From the NCBI RefSeq assembly GCF_022539665.2, contig NC_081334.1, forward strand, positions 2,170,001 through 2,234,000: 64,000 nt of DNA. The letters are read 5' to 3'. This document shows positions 1 to 22,372 of this stretch, one piece after another. A model generated the notes under the pieces. It did no database searches. It was not told the origin of the DNA and saw nothing but the letters and a program-made list of their open reading frames with translations. A program made the translations under genes and the position numbers. Origin of the DNA: Daphnia carinata. Lineage: Eukaryota. Numbering within the stretch: the first letter of the stretch is position 1; each line of letters opens with the position of its first letter.

Positions 1-3000
1 CGGTGCGCAAAAAATTTTCGAATAGAAAATGCCATGGCCGGATTCTTTCGACACGTTTTTACGATGTCCACCTTATTATGATTCTCTCTCGGTCGCTTTC
101 TTATTTCCGAAAATGTTTTTAGAAATTTCAGTTTCAATTCTCTTCGTGTCTATCGTTTGTTTTTCACGCCTTTTTTTTTTTTTTTTTCGTGTGACCTCAA
201 TGAAAAACTTTTAATCTCAAACTGCATCTGGGATGAAGAGAGGACACATCACACACATTTTCTAAATGCAGAGGAAGTCCTTTTTAAATTTCCTTTAAAG
301 GCTGTAAAAAAAAAAAAAAAAAAAAAAAACTTCTTGGGAAGGAAAACGACTTGAATGCAATTCCATGTTGATTTTTGATACGGCTATATTTAACGGCGAA
401 AACTATTCTCGTCTCTGCGAGCCCGAAATTTAGGTTTCTTTTAACTCGCGTTTGTTTTGTGTTTGACTTGCAAAATAGGTCGGACCAATGGTCTGTGTAG
501 TCACGGTAGTGTCACGTTCCCCTCATACCCATGTACGCACAACGTAACAGCATAGATTTAATATAGAAGTAAAAAAAAACAAATAGAAACCCACAGATGA
601 ACACAAAAGTTCTGAAATGGGCCATCAAAAGATGCAAACTGTTGTTATACAAAGCGCAGATGGGGGGGGGGGGGAGAGAATGATACCACATAATAACACT
701 ATCCTTTCGTTCTATAAAAAAAATCTTTGCGAACATTTAAAAAAAAAAAGGGTAACAAAACAAGAGGAGACGGCCATCGATTTCGTGCAGGTTGTTTCTT
801 ATTTTGGCTCTGGCGTGTCGCTGCTGTTTCTGGTCTACTGGTCTCGCGGTCCTTGGTTCACCTATGACCAAATATCGCTGCCTCTTTTAGCCATGCCCGC
901 CTTTTCCATTCTATTTAGTTAAACGAATAAAGAAACAGAGACCCTCTTTTTTTTTTTTTTATTATTTTGCCTTCAAGGGAAAGACTTCAAAAAAAAAAAA
1001 AAAAATTTAGGTACAAATTTGGTCATCTCTCTGGCAGGGTCTTTGCATCCACTCGCTGACCGAGTAAAAACTGAACGAGATGAGGCAACAAAGAGATAAA
1101 TCATAATCAAATCAACAAGTTGAATATTTAAAGAAATGTTGAGAATGCACGTGAAAAACAAACACGAAAAACAATAGAAAAAAACAAAACATGGAGGGGT
1201 AAAATGCGGTGGGAAACGTGGTTGAAGTGAGTAGCCTACGGAAGGCCTTGCGATCGTGACGTCATTCTTGAACGATTCCTCTTTTCATGCCTCACAGTCC
1301 GTTCATCTCCATTAGTTTCTTTTAGCTTTCATGCGCCATTGGATTGTGAGGTTGTCAGTCGTGTTTCCCTCGTGCCGGGGAGTCGCCTCATTTGAAATTC
1401 ATGAATGGCCGGGCGGGCGATTGATTCCCACAGTTTAAACGGGCCGTAAGGCCTTACGCGAAAGCTACTTACCTTTTGTATACGCGCACACAACACCGTC
1501 AGGGGATGATCCATTGATAGGGGGGGGGGGGGGAAGAGCTTCTCTTTCAAATAGATGTTTAATATGCCCAAGAGTATGGAAGATGAAAGTGATATAAAAC
1601 TTGACTGCTTTCCATTATGTGTATAGAAATCGACGTTGAAGTTGATCGAACGCTCACTGGCAAACGGGAATTTAAACGTCACCCCGCCGTGCGTTGAATC
1701 ACTTGGCAGGCCGTGAAAAACTGCCCGTATATGCGCTCGTGATTGCGAGTTTCACGCATCCCGCGTTTACATCTCTCCTGGAATTTTTTTTTTTTTTTTG
1801 CTTCTAAATCTTCTCATTTATTATTTTTTTTTTATTCATTGCCCATTGCTTGTAAATACCGTGACAAGATGAAATTTAGGGTTTTTTTTTTTCTTTTTAA
1901 ATGCACGCGTGAAATAGTTTCTTTTAGCCCGCGTGATTGCTGCACGGAGTCTTAGAAAAGAGCCTGGGTCTCATTTTCAACGCGGTTGTTTTGAATGCAT
2001 ATTTTTTTTTTTTTTTTTTTTATGGTGATGATAATAGCGATCATCATCATTATGACAGTCATCAGAAGTCATTCATTTGGAAAGATATTAACGAAATTGC
2101 GCGCAACATTTCGCACTGCGCGATGGTTGTATTTATCTTTTGAGAAGTGGGGGGGGGGGGGGGGACCTTTCATCATTTTCTCGCCATGTTTTACAAGCAC
2201 AGCAGAGAGAAAAGACCATCGAGATCTTTTTTTTTTTTTTCAAGGCATTTTTATCCCATCCAAAAAAATAAATAAATAAGAATCCGAAAGCCGTTTATTA
2301 CAAGCTGAGAGAAGATTTGGGTGTGGCAAAAAATAGCGCCCTTCTTATAAAGTCTGGTTCGTCTGATTATATTCCATCGACCGGCTTTATACACTCTCGT
2401 GTCGGGAAAAAAAAAAAAAAATGTATTGGGAAATAGGACGGGGGTTTTTAAAAGAAAAAGGTGGAGCCTGTCCTATCTCGCGTTCAAGTTCTATATCAGA
2501 AAACGTACATGAGCCAGACCTGCTGCTGGTCGATGATTCCATAAAAAAAAAATAGGGAAACATTCCTAATAGAAAATTCAATAAGAGTCTACATCTATAC
2601 GGCCGATACAGTCAACTACGAAAACATCCCAGTCTAAAACAAAAAAAAAAATTCGATGCTAAGGGGTGGTTTCGTATATTCGTGTTGGAAGAAGAGATTT
2701 GGAAGGCGCCACCGTCGGTTCTAACTGGATTCAATCCAAATCATTTCAAATACCAGGGAGATATGCGTGACGAGTAAAAAACTGTTGTTTTGTTTGTTTT
2801 GTTTTTTTTTGTTCAAATTTAAATATAGAGCCGGTTATTGTCGCCGATTGGCGAAAGGATACGATAATGAATCGATGTTCAGTGTATAACGACATGAAGA
2901 GAAGACAGGGCCCCAACGGGCGATTACAAAAAAAAAAAAGAACTGGGTCGTGGAGAAACAGAATTTAAAAAAATTCCCGTGACAAACAGATTACGTGGAC

Positions 3001-5455
3001 ACACACACGAAATTTAATAAGAACGTCCGTTTTTTTTTTTTCTAAATTTCGTTAGAACGAAAAACGATCCCGCCGTTCGATGTCCGATTTGACGAGACGA
3101 TTGTATTGTTATGAAGCTGGTTCAATTAGAAACGAAAAAAAAAAAAAGTTTATATCGTTGCTTCTAAACTGGTTTTCAACCTCCCTATCCAGCTCGACTT
3201 GTTTCTCATTTTTATTATTATAATAATTATTTTTTTTTTTTTTTGTTGTTGTTCAACTCTCCATTGGCCTGTCTAACGTAAAGGACTTGAAAATCCCATT
3301 CCGTTCATGTCATGAACGCGCACTGTGTGGTGGGTTCCGAACGGCCAACTATAACTCTCTCTGTCCAGCTTTCCCGTCTCTTTATTTCACTCTGCTCGTC
3401 AAACCACAATTTTCCATTCCTTTATTGCATTAGATACGTAACGTTTTTTTTTTTTTTTTTTTAGAAGAAGAATAAATTAAATAAGAAGGGGGTATCTCCG
3501 AGTGGATGTCTCATCCATTTTCCAAACATTTTAAAAAAATCATAGAATTTGAAATTTAGTCTTTTTTTTTTTAAACCTTCGCCGCCGCCTTTCCTGGGCC
3601 ATGTTTGATCGCTTGATTATACTTGTCATGGCCGGCAGTGCGGCATTTAAGATAATCCTCTAGCGTAGCCTCAGGGGCGTTTGATGTGTACGTGTATAGG
3701 AAGAAGACATGCAGCTGCGTGAGGACATGAACGAACGAGGAAGGCGGACGATGAGGTAATCTACCGGCCCGTTGTGCTTTTTTTTTTTTTGTTCTTTTTT
3801 GATGGAAGAAAAGAAGTCGGAGGGACGGACCAGGGGTCGAACAGCATAAAAAAAAAAAAAAAAAAAGAATCAAAAGACGAGTCTGATCGTGTGAAACAAT
3901 GGCGTCAGAGAGTCCCCCGGCTGTGTATAAACTTCGTGACGATGACGCACCATTTCTTTCTTTTTTTTTTTTTTCACCGCCCATTTTTTTTTTTTTTTTG
4001 GCCCGTCTGTCCGCCTATCTGAAAAAAAAAAAAAAAAAAAAAAAAAATTTTGACGTCACGCGAGTATTTGCACAACTCAATTTTCTGTTGGTTATAATAA
4101 AAGAGACGGCCCCCGTAGGATGACCATATGTGAATATTTCCATTTAATTAAAAAAAAAAAAAAAAAAATGTAGATCCACAACAGAAAAGAAGGCGGAGTT
4201 GATCTTTTAAAAGAATTATTTACAAGCCATCCCATTTTCGTTTTTTTCGTGATTATGTAATTCACCTAGAAATAGAACTAGGAAGGAGTGGTCTGCGCTG
4301 TCTGATGTCGGCTATAAATCAATCGGTCCGTTTGATGATGCATTGCTTCTAAACGAAGATGACGCGGCTTCAAAATGTTTGTGGTGTGCGTCTTTGCTTT
4401 CCCACCCCCCGGTTCTCGATTGGGAACCCTTTTGCCAAGCGTTTTCAAGTGGCTGCTGTGCTGCATCATCGGCCCGTGCACGCGCATATTTCACGCGATA
4501 GCGCCACGGCCCCGAACGGCCCAACTTCGCCTCTATTTGACATGAAACATGCAGCGCTCGTGTCTCTTTTTGTTTTGTTGTTTTATTTTATTTTATTTTA
4601 TTTTTTTTTTTTTGAGCTGTTGTTGTTTGCTATTGAAATCAAAGGTTGCCGTACCCAGTTTTTCCGAACCCCCTCGATGCCGCCTTTTTCTTGCGGGTCA
4701 CGTGAAAATATTTTTTTTTTTCATTTTTTAAGGGGAAAAATTGGAAGGTTTTTTATAGAGACAAGCGGCGTTGCCTATCTTTTCAAATGTTTTGATTTAT
4801 TACTGTTGTTTGATTTTTTGTTGTTTGTTGTTGTTGTTTCCTTTTGCTAAGCGTAGAGAGAAAGAAGCGTGAGGTTGGAGAACCACAAGCTCGGGGCCAT
4901 GTGCGTCTGATTTTTTTTTTTTTTTTTTTTTTTTTCTAAGGGGAAAATAACATTTCGAATAATCATAGTCGTACACAAACGAATAGAGTGAGATGACGAA
5001 AGATGCAAGAAAAAGGAGGAGGAGAAAAAAAAAAAGAAGGAGGGGGAGATTTTTTTTTTTTTTTCATCTTCTCTCCCTTTCTTTTTATATTCCTGTAAAA
5101 AAAAAAAAAACAGGCAAAAATCTCAGCAGGATTCGTAGGTTCACTTCTGGATGTCTACACAACAAAATGGAGGCAGAGCTACGAAGTCCTTCACACACAC
5201 ACACACACAAAAAAAAAAAAAAAGAAGAAGAAGAAAAGAAATATAAAAAGAGGGCGGGTGGATAGAATCTTTAAAAAGAAGAAGCCGATCTTACAATGTA
5301 TTTTTACAAAAAAAAAAAAAAAAAAAATGAGGGTCTTTTCCTCCTCTGACCGTCCGTAAGCGAAGAGAAACGACCATAGAAATCAAAGAGAGGAGGCGGC
5401 AGCCAGTGGGAGGCGCTCTAGTGTCAAAAACGGCCGTCTGGTGGTTCACGCTGAG

Positions 5456-5461
5456 TCAGTT
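5456..5461 (+). promoter_or_regulatory. Candidate initiator (TCAGTT) for a distal TANC/rols transcription start
   Basis: TCAGTT matches the arthropod Inr. It lies in a locally more complex stretch ~9 kb upstream of the first identifiable coding exon. Motif only, no expression evidence. Confidence 0.25.
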
Positions 5462-5552
5462 CAGCTCGACCGAGTCTGAGGCTACACGTGTTTGTGTGCA
5501 GCTCGTGTCTCAGCTTTTTTTTTTTTTTTTAACACTTGTTTCGTACATCATT

Positions 5553-5587
<35 letters not shown>

Positions 5588-7118
5588 AGTTAAACTCGTG
5601 TGTGGCTCACTCGATTTTTGTGTTAAACACACACACACAAAAAAAAATTCACTGTGATCAGCAACGTGCAATTAAACCCTGTCTGCAACGTGGAACCCCA
5701 CCATTCGGAAGGGGCTAGTGATCTCTCTCTTTCTTTTTGGCTGTTGTAATGTGATTTCCAATTGTGAAAATTGGACACATTTTGTTGGGGAGGTCTGCCA
5801 TAAGCAGCTGATTTTTAATGCCCGATCGCAACTGGAATTTCGCACAATCAATCACTGAAAGAACTGGCGCCCCCCCCCCGTCTCCACGCTCGTTTTTCAT
5901 CCGTGGAAAGTTTTGACGTTCACTTGACTTTTACACGGCCGTTCAATCACAACAAGACTGGCCAAAAAGCTTCCCAACGTCTAATTCAGTTCCAGTTTTC
6001 TTCTTTCTTTTTTTTTTTTTTTTTTATTACTCTCGACCTCGTGGATCATTTTCCCTGCCTCTTTGATTGGCATTGATCAACATGAAGGCGCCAAAAGTGC
6101 CATGGCAAAGTGCTCGTTTGCCATGTTGCACATATTGATAGGCCATTACGTTGAAAGAAATTTCCAAAAATTGTTCAATTGGTCGTATAGATCAGACGTA
6201 AAAGGGCTTCGTTGTAGCCAATAGTGTCTGACAGACAAAACTCGTGTGATATTCAATCATCTTTTGAACAAAAAAAAATGCCTTCTGAAACGAAACGGAT
6301 TGGATTACCGCCCGCCAGAGCGTCTCTGCCTTCGTCCTTTCGCACTGTCGGTAAGATTTCAAATCGGCATTCGGTTTCTCCTTTTTTTTTTTTTGTTTTT
6401 TCATTTCTGAAATAGTTGAAATCGAAAACTGATGGGCTAAAAAAAAAAAGTTTGCGATCAATGTCCAAATATTTTCGATCGTTTTTCCTTTGAAAAAAAA
6501 AAAAAAGAATAAAAAGAAGACAAGACATGACGAATTGGACGTTGATGATCCCGCCTTTTTCCAGGAATGTAATTAAAAGAAAAATACCTGTGTCGCCATG
6601 CGAACCTTTTTCTTTGCCCAAATGTTTTTTTTTTGTTTTTGTTTCTGTACCTGCCTCGTAGTGACGTAGTAAACGCGTGGGGGTAGTTGGGAGTCATTGA
6701 CGGGGTGTTCTTTCTGGCCATTGGCGATGGGTATTGAAACAGGTGACACTGTTTGATTCGTCATGAAAATGTGGCCTTCTTGGAACAAGCCATAACTTTG
6801 ATGGTGAAATGCTTGTTTTTTTTTTGTTTTTTTTTTATGGCTCGTTTTTGCCAATGAAAAATGTCCCTTTTTGCCCACGCCACCAAAATGAAATGACTTG
6901 AATGACTTATCGTCCCTTCTTTTTTTCTCGGGATCTTGAGAGAGAGAGAGAGGGGGGGGGAGAGAGGTTAGTTTTTGTACTGTCCAGCGTTTTTGATAGC
7001 GAAACGTGTGTAGCCGGTGGGGGAGAAGAAAATGGGAGGACCGTCTGGTCCAGTCGGTGTAGGTTTCCCTTTTTTCTGTGTGGCGCCAGCGACATGACAG
7101 CGCCCTCCCCTCGTAGTT

Positions 7119-7149
<31 letters not shown>

Positions 7150-10100
7150 CTGTTGCTCAATGAAACAAGTCCGTGCGTGTGTGCGTACTAATATTTGCCT
7201 ATGTGGCCCCGGCTTGAGACGTTTTGGCTACAAGGTACATACGATACGACGGGGCTTCGTTATCGCCATGCTCCCGCATTCCCCAACGACTTTCGTCATC
7301 TCGGAAAAAAAAAAAATTGTCTCGTTTTTTTTTTTATGAACGAAATTCTTTGGTTTATTTGGGGACAGATGGACTTGATGAACGAACGTTGATAAAAAGC
7401 TACAATTCTTTATTAAAAACAAGTGAACGTTTTTTTTTTTTTCGTATTATTTTCATTTGAATTTTTAAATTTCCATTTTTTTTTTAAATAGTTTTTATGT
7501 TGGGTATTGATTTCTTTATATTTTCAATGATTTGAATAAAGAATTCAATAGGCCATCACAGGGTTCACTTGTTATCGTGAGGCCGAAAACACGAGGCCAA
7601 CGTCATTATGAACAGTCCGAAAAAAAAAACAAAAAAGAAGAAAATCATTCAAAGATGTAGGCTGTTTGAAACATAAACAAGGGGCATTGAAAAAAACAAA
7701 AAAACACAGAAATTGCTTGATCATTCACTCGGTCACGAGATTCATCACGAACCGGTTTGTGTGTGGAAAGCAGTTCTCTCATCGGTCTTGAGTTAGGGGA
7801 GGAAGCTGGGCATCATTTACACACACAGTCTGATGAAATCGAAGATAACACAACTGCTGCCCAGCTATTTTCACGAGCTAATCATTTCATCGAATTTTTT
7901 GCTTTTCTCATTTCGACAGTAGATTTACATAGCGGCGTCTGTTGTTTTATCTACGAATCGTGACGTTTCGTGCCACGACTGCGGGGGTGGGCCGCCGCAC
8001 CGGGGGCTTTCATTTAAAATCGACCTGAATGAAAGACAATGCACCGCAATGCAAAAGGTCGATGTCGAGTCCATTAGAACATTTCCTCTCGCTGCGTTTT
8101 TTTTTTTTGTTTTGTTTTTCTCGAATTCTCAAATGAAATCGATCGATTATTGGGGAAAGGGAAGCCGGTTGGACACCGGGCCAACACCCACGTTTGATTG
8201 GTTCTCTTTTCCATTTCTCTAAATGGGCAAAAAAAAAAAAAGGGAAACTGAATAACAACGTCCTTATTATTTTGTTTTTTTTTTTCAAGGGCTCCATTCA
8301 AATGTTTTTTTTTCTATTTTTATTGGATTCGAAATGGCCAGCCCAACGGTCGTGTCCGCCAAAAAAAAAAAACAAAAAACAAAATCCAGTAAAGAAATAC
8401 ATGGCCCGCCGCGCCCCCTATGAGTATCAAAAGACGATCGTGATGGCATCATTAACACGCGGGCCCGTTTGCGTGAATGATGGGCGTGAAAGCGTTTTGA
8501 AACACCATTTGCTTCTTTCTTTGATTCTCTCCGTTTTTTTTAGCCAATGAAGTGGCTCTTTTGAAGTGTCAGAAGTCTATGATTATGAATTTTTATTATT
8601 ATTATTATTTTTTTTTTTTTTGAAAAGTACAGGGCGTTATACGATATCGATTTGAGAAATCAAAGTCCATTCAAACGTCATTTTGAAGATATCCCCAATA
8701 AACTAGTCACTTGATTTCAGCACATTTTCTTTTCGGAGGGTGGGAGAAACAGGAGATTGTGCCGATAGGGATCGTTGGCCAAAGATGTCAATGGCTCGAG
8801 AGATTTTTTTTTTTTTTTCGTGATATATTCCTGTTATCAGTAGCCTCACCTCTTGTCGGCTGGGCCTCTTAAAAAACAAAGTTGGAATGAGAAGGGGGGG
8901 GGGAGTACAAAAGGGCTCGTTGTAATAAGGCCCCGACACAACTGGACACTGTTACACACGTAGATATCCCGTTGAGTCGGGGAAAAAAAAAAGAAGACAA
9001 AAGCAAGAATTGAAAAAAAAAAGGAGAAACTAGTAGAAGAAGAAAAGAAGAGTCGGGTTACGTGTTGGCTGGCCCTTTCTTATTTTTTTTTTTTAAAGGT
9101 CGTCCCCCTCTTTTTTAAAATTTATTTCTCCTCTGCTCGTTTCTCCGGGACGCACGGGGGCAAGTGGAAGAACGGCCATCGGCATTTTTTGTTGTGAAAA
9201 AAAAAAAAAAAAAGGTAGAAGGGGAGAAGAAGAAACAAAAGATGGTCTGAAAAAAAAAGAAAGAAAAGAAAGTAGGGAGCGAAAGAAGAAAAAAAAGATA
9301 ACGCTCCGGCTGCTGTGTTAAGTCTTGACACGTTTTGTCAACCGTCCTACTATGGGGAGGCAACAAGTCAAAAGGGCCAATGTAATTTTTTTAAATTTTT
9401 TTAAAGGACGTTTGAATATTCTAAGGAAATAATAGGGAAGCGTGGGGGGGGGGGCCTTGTCTTGTGTAGTTTGATCTTGTTCTGCCATTCTTCACCCTCT
9501 TGTACATATCTCGTATGCATACAAAGAAGTCGAATGCAAACGATGGGGGGGGGGGAACTAACACCCAAAGTCCATCAGCTGATATGTCTTTTATTTTTAT
9601 TTATTTTTTATTTGAAATTGAATTCTGCTTGTTAATGAGTAAAGTCAATTTTTATTTTTGTTTAAGTGCGGCTTCGTTAGGAAACCCTCCCAATATGTCC
9701 ACCACTTCCGCCGGAATGACGAGCTTTTTAATCCCCGTAAGAAGACTATCAAAGGGAGGAAAGGGACGTTACGTTCTTCTTTGCTCTTATTATCAGCCAT
9801 TTTTTTTTTCTTTTAAAGATAGAAAAGGGTCATATCCTCCCCTCCCCCCCACCTGAAACTTGATGCAACACCAAAAGAAATAGAAGAAAATCCCCCCCCC
9901 CCCAGTTGATTATTCATTACCTTTATCCGGTTGGTAGAGTCCAACAACGAAAGAAGAGTTTTTATTTGGAAAACAAAAATTTATCTTTGAGTGTTTCGGG
10001 TAGGAAAAAAAATATATACAAATACACACACACACACACACAGAGATATATACCTGTGTGTTTGTATATAAATAAATAAATATGCAAGGCGAGACGGACT

Positions 10101-10775
10101 TTTGTTGTTGCCGAGGTGAAAATGCCAAGACATGGAGAGGGACGTAGGGCAAGCTAAAAGGCCAAGGGAAAAATGATCCTTATACGTAGAAAACAACAAC
10201 AACAACAACAACACGAAACGACGTGCACGAAAGAAACAAAACAAAAAAATAAAAGGAGATGGGGTTAAAAGAAAAAAGAGAGGAGTGATGTCGGTTGTTT
10301 CTCTATCCATTCATTATATCATCCCCGGCACACACACACTAGAGAAAGAAGAGAGAGAGAGAGTAGTTTGAAAATAAAAAGAAAGGAGGGACTTTATAGA
10401 GGCAACAAATCCCGGCGGCTATAACAACAGACGAATGAAATGACTTTCGGGAAAAAAAAGAGAAAAAAAACAAAAAACTTGTCAATGAAAATAGCCAGTA
10501 AGAGAAAAAAAACACGTAAAAGGCCATGGCCTTTTAAGGGGATGGCAGCAAATGAGCAAGGAAGACGTTTGTTGTTTTGTTTTTTTTCTTCTTCTTCTTC
10601 CAGTTGTTGTTCCCATTTTCAATTTTCTTTTTTTTTTTTAAGAGTCTACGTCGCCAACCGTCTTCTGTTTTGCTTAGCGCCCACATACGTAGAAGTTCTT
10701 GACACGTCCCCAACAGGTTTCTTCTTTGTGTCAGGTGGGCGCATTTTAAGAAACAGCTGCTGCACAGTTCAACAG

Positions 10776-10806
<31 letters not shown>

Positions 10807-13800
10807 AGGGGAGTCTTTTTTTTTTTTTTACCTTATTTGGCAGAGTCCAGCACTCACGTCTTGAAACGTCTTTCACGAAAAGGCAAACATTGGTGTGGGA
10901 AATGCAGCGTAGCCAGTTTTGGTCTTTTTTTTTTTCTATTGTGATTCACGTTTTCTTTTTCAAACATCTCCGTTCAATGGATGGTAAAATGCAATTGTAT
11001 TCAAATGAGGTGCTACAATGTTGTATCACGTGTTTTTTTTTTTTTTTTTTTTTTTTAACCCCAGTAGACGTCGTTCGTTCGGCATCGAAATGAGTTGGCC
11101 ATTAGAAAGTGTGCGGCGACGTGGTCCCTTTTGAGCATTATTCAAAGAGTTCGGCTGAAATAAAAATATATAAAAAAAAAACACGCCCTTTTTTTTTTTC
11201 TGCGTGTCAACGGGCCAATCTTCTTCAAAAATGTTCCAGTGAAAGTTTAACTTCTGTCATGCGGCCAGATTTTTTTCTTTTTCAAATTCTGATTATTATA
11301 ATAATAGGAACCTCATCAAAAACGATGAAAGACTTTTTCTTTTCGTAAAGATGATGGGTCTCTCTCTCTTTGGGTGGGCCATTAGCCATTTATCTTGATG
11401 CCGCTTTCATTTCGTCGGACGAAACAATCGTCCATTTTGATTTTTTTTTTTTTTTTGAAACGTCTCATGGTTCCCGCGGCGTCGTTTTGAGTTGCAACAG
11501 ACATTTTTTTTTTTTTGGAACGCGTGATTTGTCGGGACACGGTTGAGTAACAGCTTCGTGTTGGGGTAACGAGTGTGTAACAACATCTGCGCATCGAGTA
11601 GCTCAAAAAAAAAAAAAATGCTGACTTGACAAAACAACAACAATAACAAAGAAATTGAGAGATTTTTCTAACGGAGAAGCTGGAAAAAAAACTTTCCTTT
11701 TTCTTGAATTAAAATAGAAACGGACACCGTAGCTGCGGGGGAGGCTACAGCGTCCCGTCTATTTTCATGTTTTTACCCCCCAAACAAAACAAAATTTTGG
11801 TCTGCAAAAGAGCCAAAAGTCATAAAAGAAAATTAAAAAAAAAAAAAAAAAGAAAATTGTACCGTTCCAAACAAAATTTCAAAGTGGCAACAAATGGCCG
11901 TCTCTAAGCGGGCCAAAGAAATGAGGGACAATTGACATCTGTCTTTATTATTTTTGTTGAGATGAAATAGAGTCTATCAGCGTTGTGTTCTATTCAATGG
12001 AAACATTGAATTGATTTCCCTCTGAATTTGTTTTGTACGAAACAAGCAATTCAAACGGATGACGCTTTTTTTTTTTTTTTTGTTTGGAACAAAAAAAAAT
12101 CAAGAGACTGTTCCAGACGTTGCGCTTTGCATACCCAATGAATTCAAGTTCCCCCTGCCATTTTTTTTTTTGTTTTGTTTTCCCTCTTCTCCGAAAGACG
12201 ATAAGAAACGGAAGGTTTCGAGAGTCTTTTATTTGGACTTTCCCATCTTTTCCTCTTTTCAAATTTCTCACTTTGGAAAGTTAGAAAAGGTTGAAAGGCG
12301 ACAAGACAAAAGACGGAAACGGTTGAGGCAAATATCCAAAATCAAACAGCCGAAATTCTTTTTATTTTCGAAAAATTTCTACCTTTTTTTTTTTAACGTT
12401 GGCTGACCGTAAAATAAAATTAAAAAAAAAAAATTCTATTCGACATGTTTTCCAATGGCTAAAGAGCGAGAAAGAAGAAGGCAACTGTAATAAAAGACAA
12501 CGGGATGATAACAATTAAGCAGGCCACCAATAAAAAGAATACTAATGTGCCTTCCCAACATTCGGTGGGCCTTTATTTTATTATTCATCCCTTCTTTTTT
12601 TTTTTTTCCTTATCGTGGTCATCCAATATTTGAATCTCCCCCCCTTTTCTTAAATATATTTTTTTTTTTTCAAAAGCTTGGAGCTCATTGGGCCCAGTCC
12701 AAGTTAGGAAAAAAAAAAACATGCCATACAGTATCTTTATTTTTAACTATACACACACACCACTATCATATAATGCACAAAACTTGTGTGCAGCAACTGG
12801 AAGATTTTTTTTTTTTTTTTTTTTTTTGTTGTGTGTTCCAGGGGGCTATATCATCATAGCAACGGACTCTCTTTTTTCTTTCTCAGGCTCTTGTTTGGGC
12901 TGCTGGATCGCCCCGGCCTGCAGCGTTTCAGACGCTATGACTCACATCATAAATTCAGAGCGCTTCTTATCCCCCTCTTTTTTTTTTTTTCTCTCCCCTG
13001 TTGGAAAATATATAAATTTTTTTTTAAAAAAAAAAAAAAAAAAACTTGCGTGCGTTTTCACGTTGGAAGGCGGTCCCCAACGGCATCCGTACACGGGGCC
13101 CTCCATAGAAGTTTTCACTGTGGGGGATCACGCCAGCATATGCGCTATTGTATACACACACAATGTAACGCTGCAGAACGGGGGTACGTGTATAAAGACT
13201 GTTTTTTTTTTTTTTTTTGAAAAAAAAAAAAAAAGAGAAGATGATCATGTAGAGGGACCCGTCGTGACCTCACATTCGTGGCCCTTTTTGTTCTGAATTG
13301 TTTTTTGTTTTTGTTTTTGAGACGGTACAACACCGTCTTCTTTTTTCGGCTTGTTTTCAACATTTCAGCAACGGGACGAGTGGCACACCTCCCGTTGCGT
13401 CCGAACACCGGGAGCGTGTCAACCAGGTCATCTTCTGAAATGTTCCAGTTCACACTTGTTGCGCGCCCTCCTACGGCGAATAGCGCATTTTTTTTTTATT
13501 GTTTTTTTTTTTTTGTTTTGTTTTTTCATCGAAATCAATGAGAAATGCTGATTATTTTAATGATGCGAATTGTTTTTTTTTTTGTTGAACGCAATCCCTT
13601 GCCTCCCATTTCTCTTTTTTTTTTTTTTTCGTAACACCTCTGCGTTCCACAACAATGCGTGCCTTGATTAGTGATTTATGTATACAGAAAAGAAAAAGGA
13701 AAGGGAGAAGCGATAGAATTCATCCTCCTTGTTTTTGTTTTCCATGCGCAGCGGATGGCTGTTATTGGGTGGCGTGATCTTTCAGATCACGCCAACTGCC

Positions 13801-14197
13801 AGGTGCGCTCCGTGCGTGCAGACATCGTCCCCCCCCCCCCCGTCCGCCTTTCTCTTCATGTGCGCTCGCGCGCATGGCTTTTTGATTTTCTAATCATCTC
13901 TGCCCCGCTAATCAGATGGACTAGAAGAGCATCTCCCTCAATTCGAGGAAGAAAAGATGGCGCTTCACGATCCCCCCCCCCCCCAATCGATATTTCGAAG
14001 AACATCCATCACACGAACGGTGGATATGCTTTTCATTGGAAAAAAAAAAAATCAGAATGTTTCTCTAGAGCCAAAGGGGAGGATGGAATATTCATAAACT
14101 ATTGGGAAAAAAAAAAAAAAAACGGATCGCTTTTGGGAATGGTTGGAGCTTTTCGAGTGACGGGTGGGTGGGGCTCACGAGGCTTCAGGTTCTATGT

Positions 14198-14198
<1 letters not shown>

Positions 14199-14238
<40 letters not shown>
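14199..14238 (+). repeat. (GA)n microsatellite; similar dinucleotide tracts at ~5555-5583 (TG), ~7124-7148 (CT), ~15376-15401 (TG)
   Basis: Directly visible dinucleotide runs. Confidence 0.9.
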
Positions 14239-14675
14239 GTAAACGAGAAAGAGATGGATATAAACGGTGCTGCTTATAACACAAACACACTTTCTACATC
14301 ATAAGAAAAACGGGCGTCTATCTGTATCCGGCGATCGCATAATGGATGAGTCCGATGATGCCACTGATATCCGCGTTCTCCCCTTCTCCATCGAGTCCGT
14401 TTGTTCGATGCTATTCCTCCGTCTCAACAGGTCGGACGAGAAAATAACAACAAGGGACTTAAAAATCTCCGTCCTGTTTATCGCATTTCAGCCATCGTTG
14501 AAGATCTCACATTCTTTACATTTACCTTGTCATTTCGACCGTGAAATTTAGTATTTTTGTTTTTTGTTTAACTCGTCCGGGCCATTCTCCTGAACGTCAT
14601 TTTCTCTTAAAAATGTTCAACTCATCCATCATTTGAGCGTGTTTTTATTTTTTACATTTCTTTTGTTTTGACTAG

Positions 14676-22372
<7,697 letters not shown>

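Noticed and set aside
6097..6131. Hairpin catggcaaa/tttgccatg
   Set aside because: Isolated 9-bp stem, too short for a pre-miRNA and expected by chance in 64 kb.
1..14600. Numerous Phe/Lys-rich ORFs
   Set aside because: Translations of poly(T)/poly(A) and dinucleotide runs; no domain similarity.
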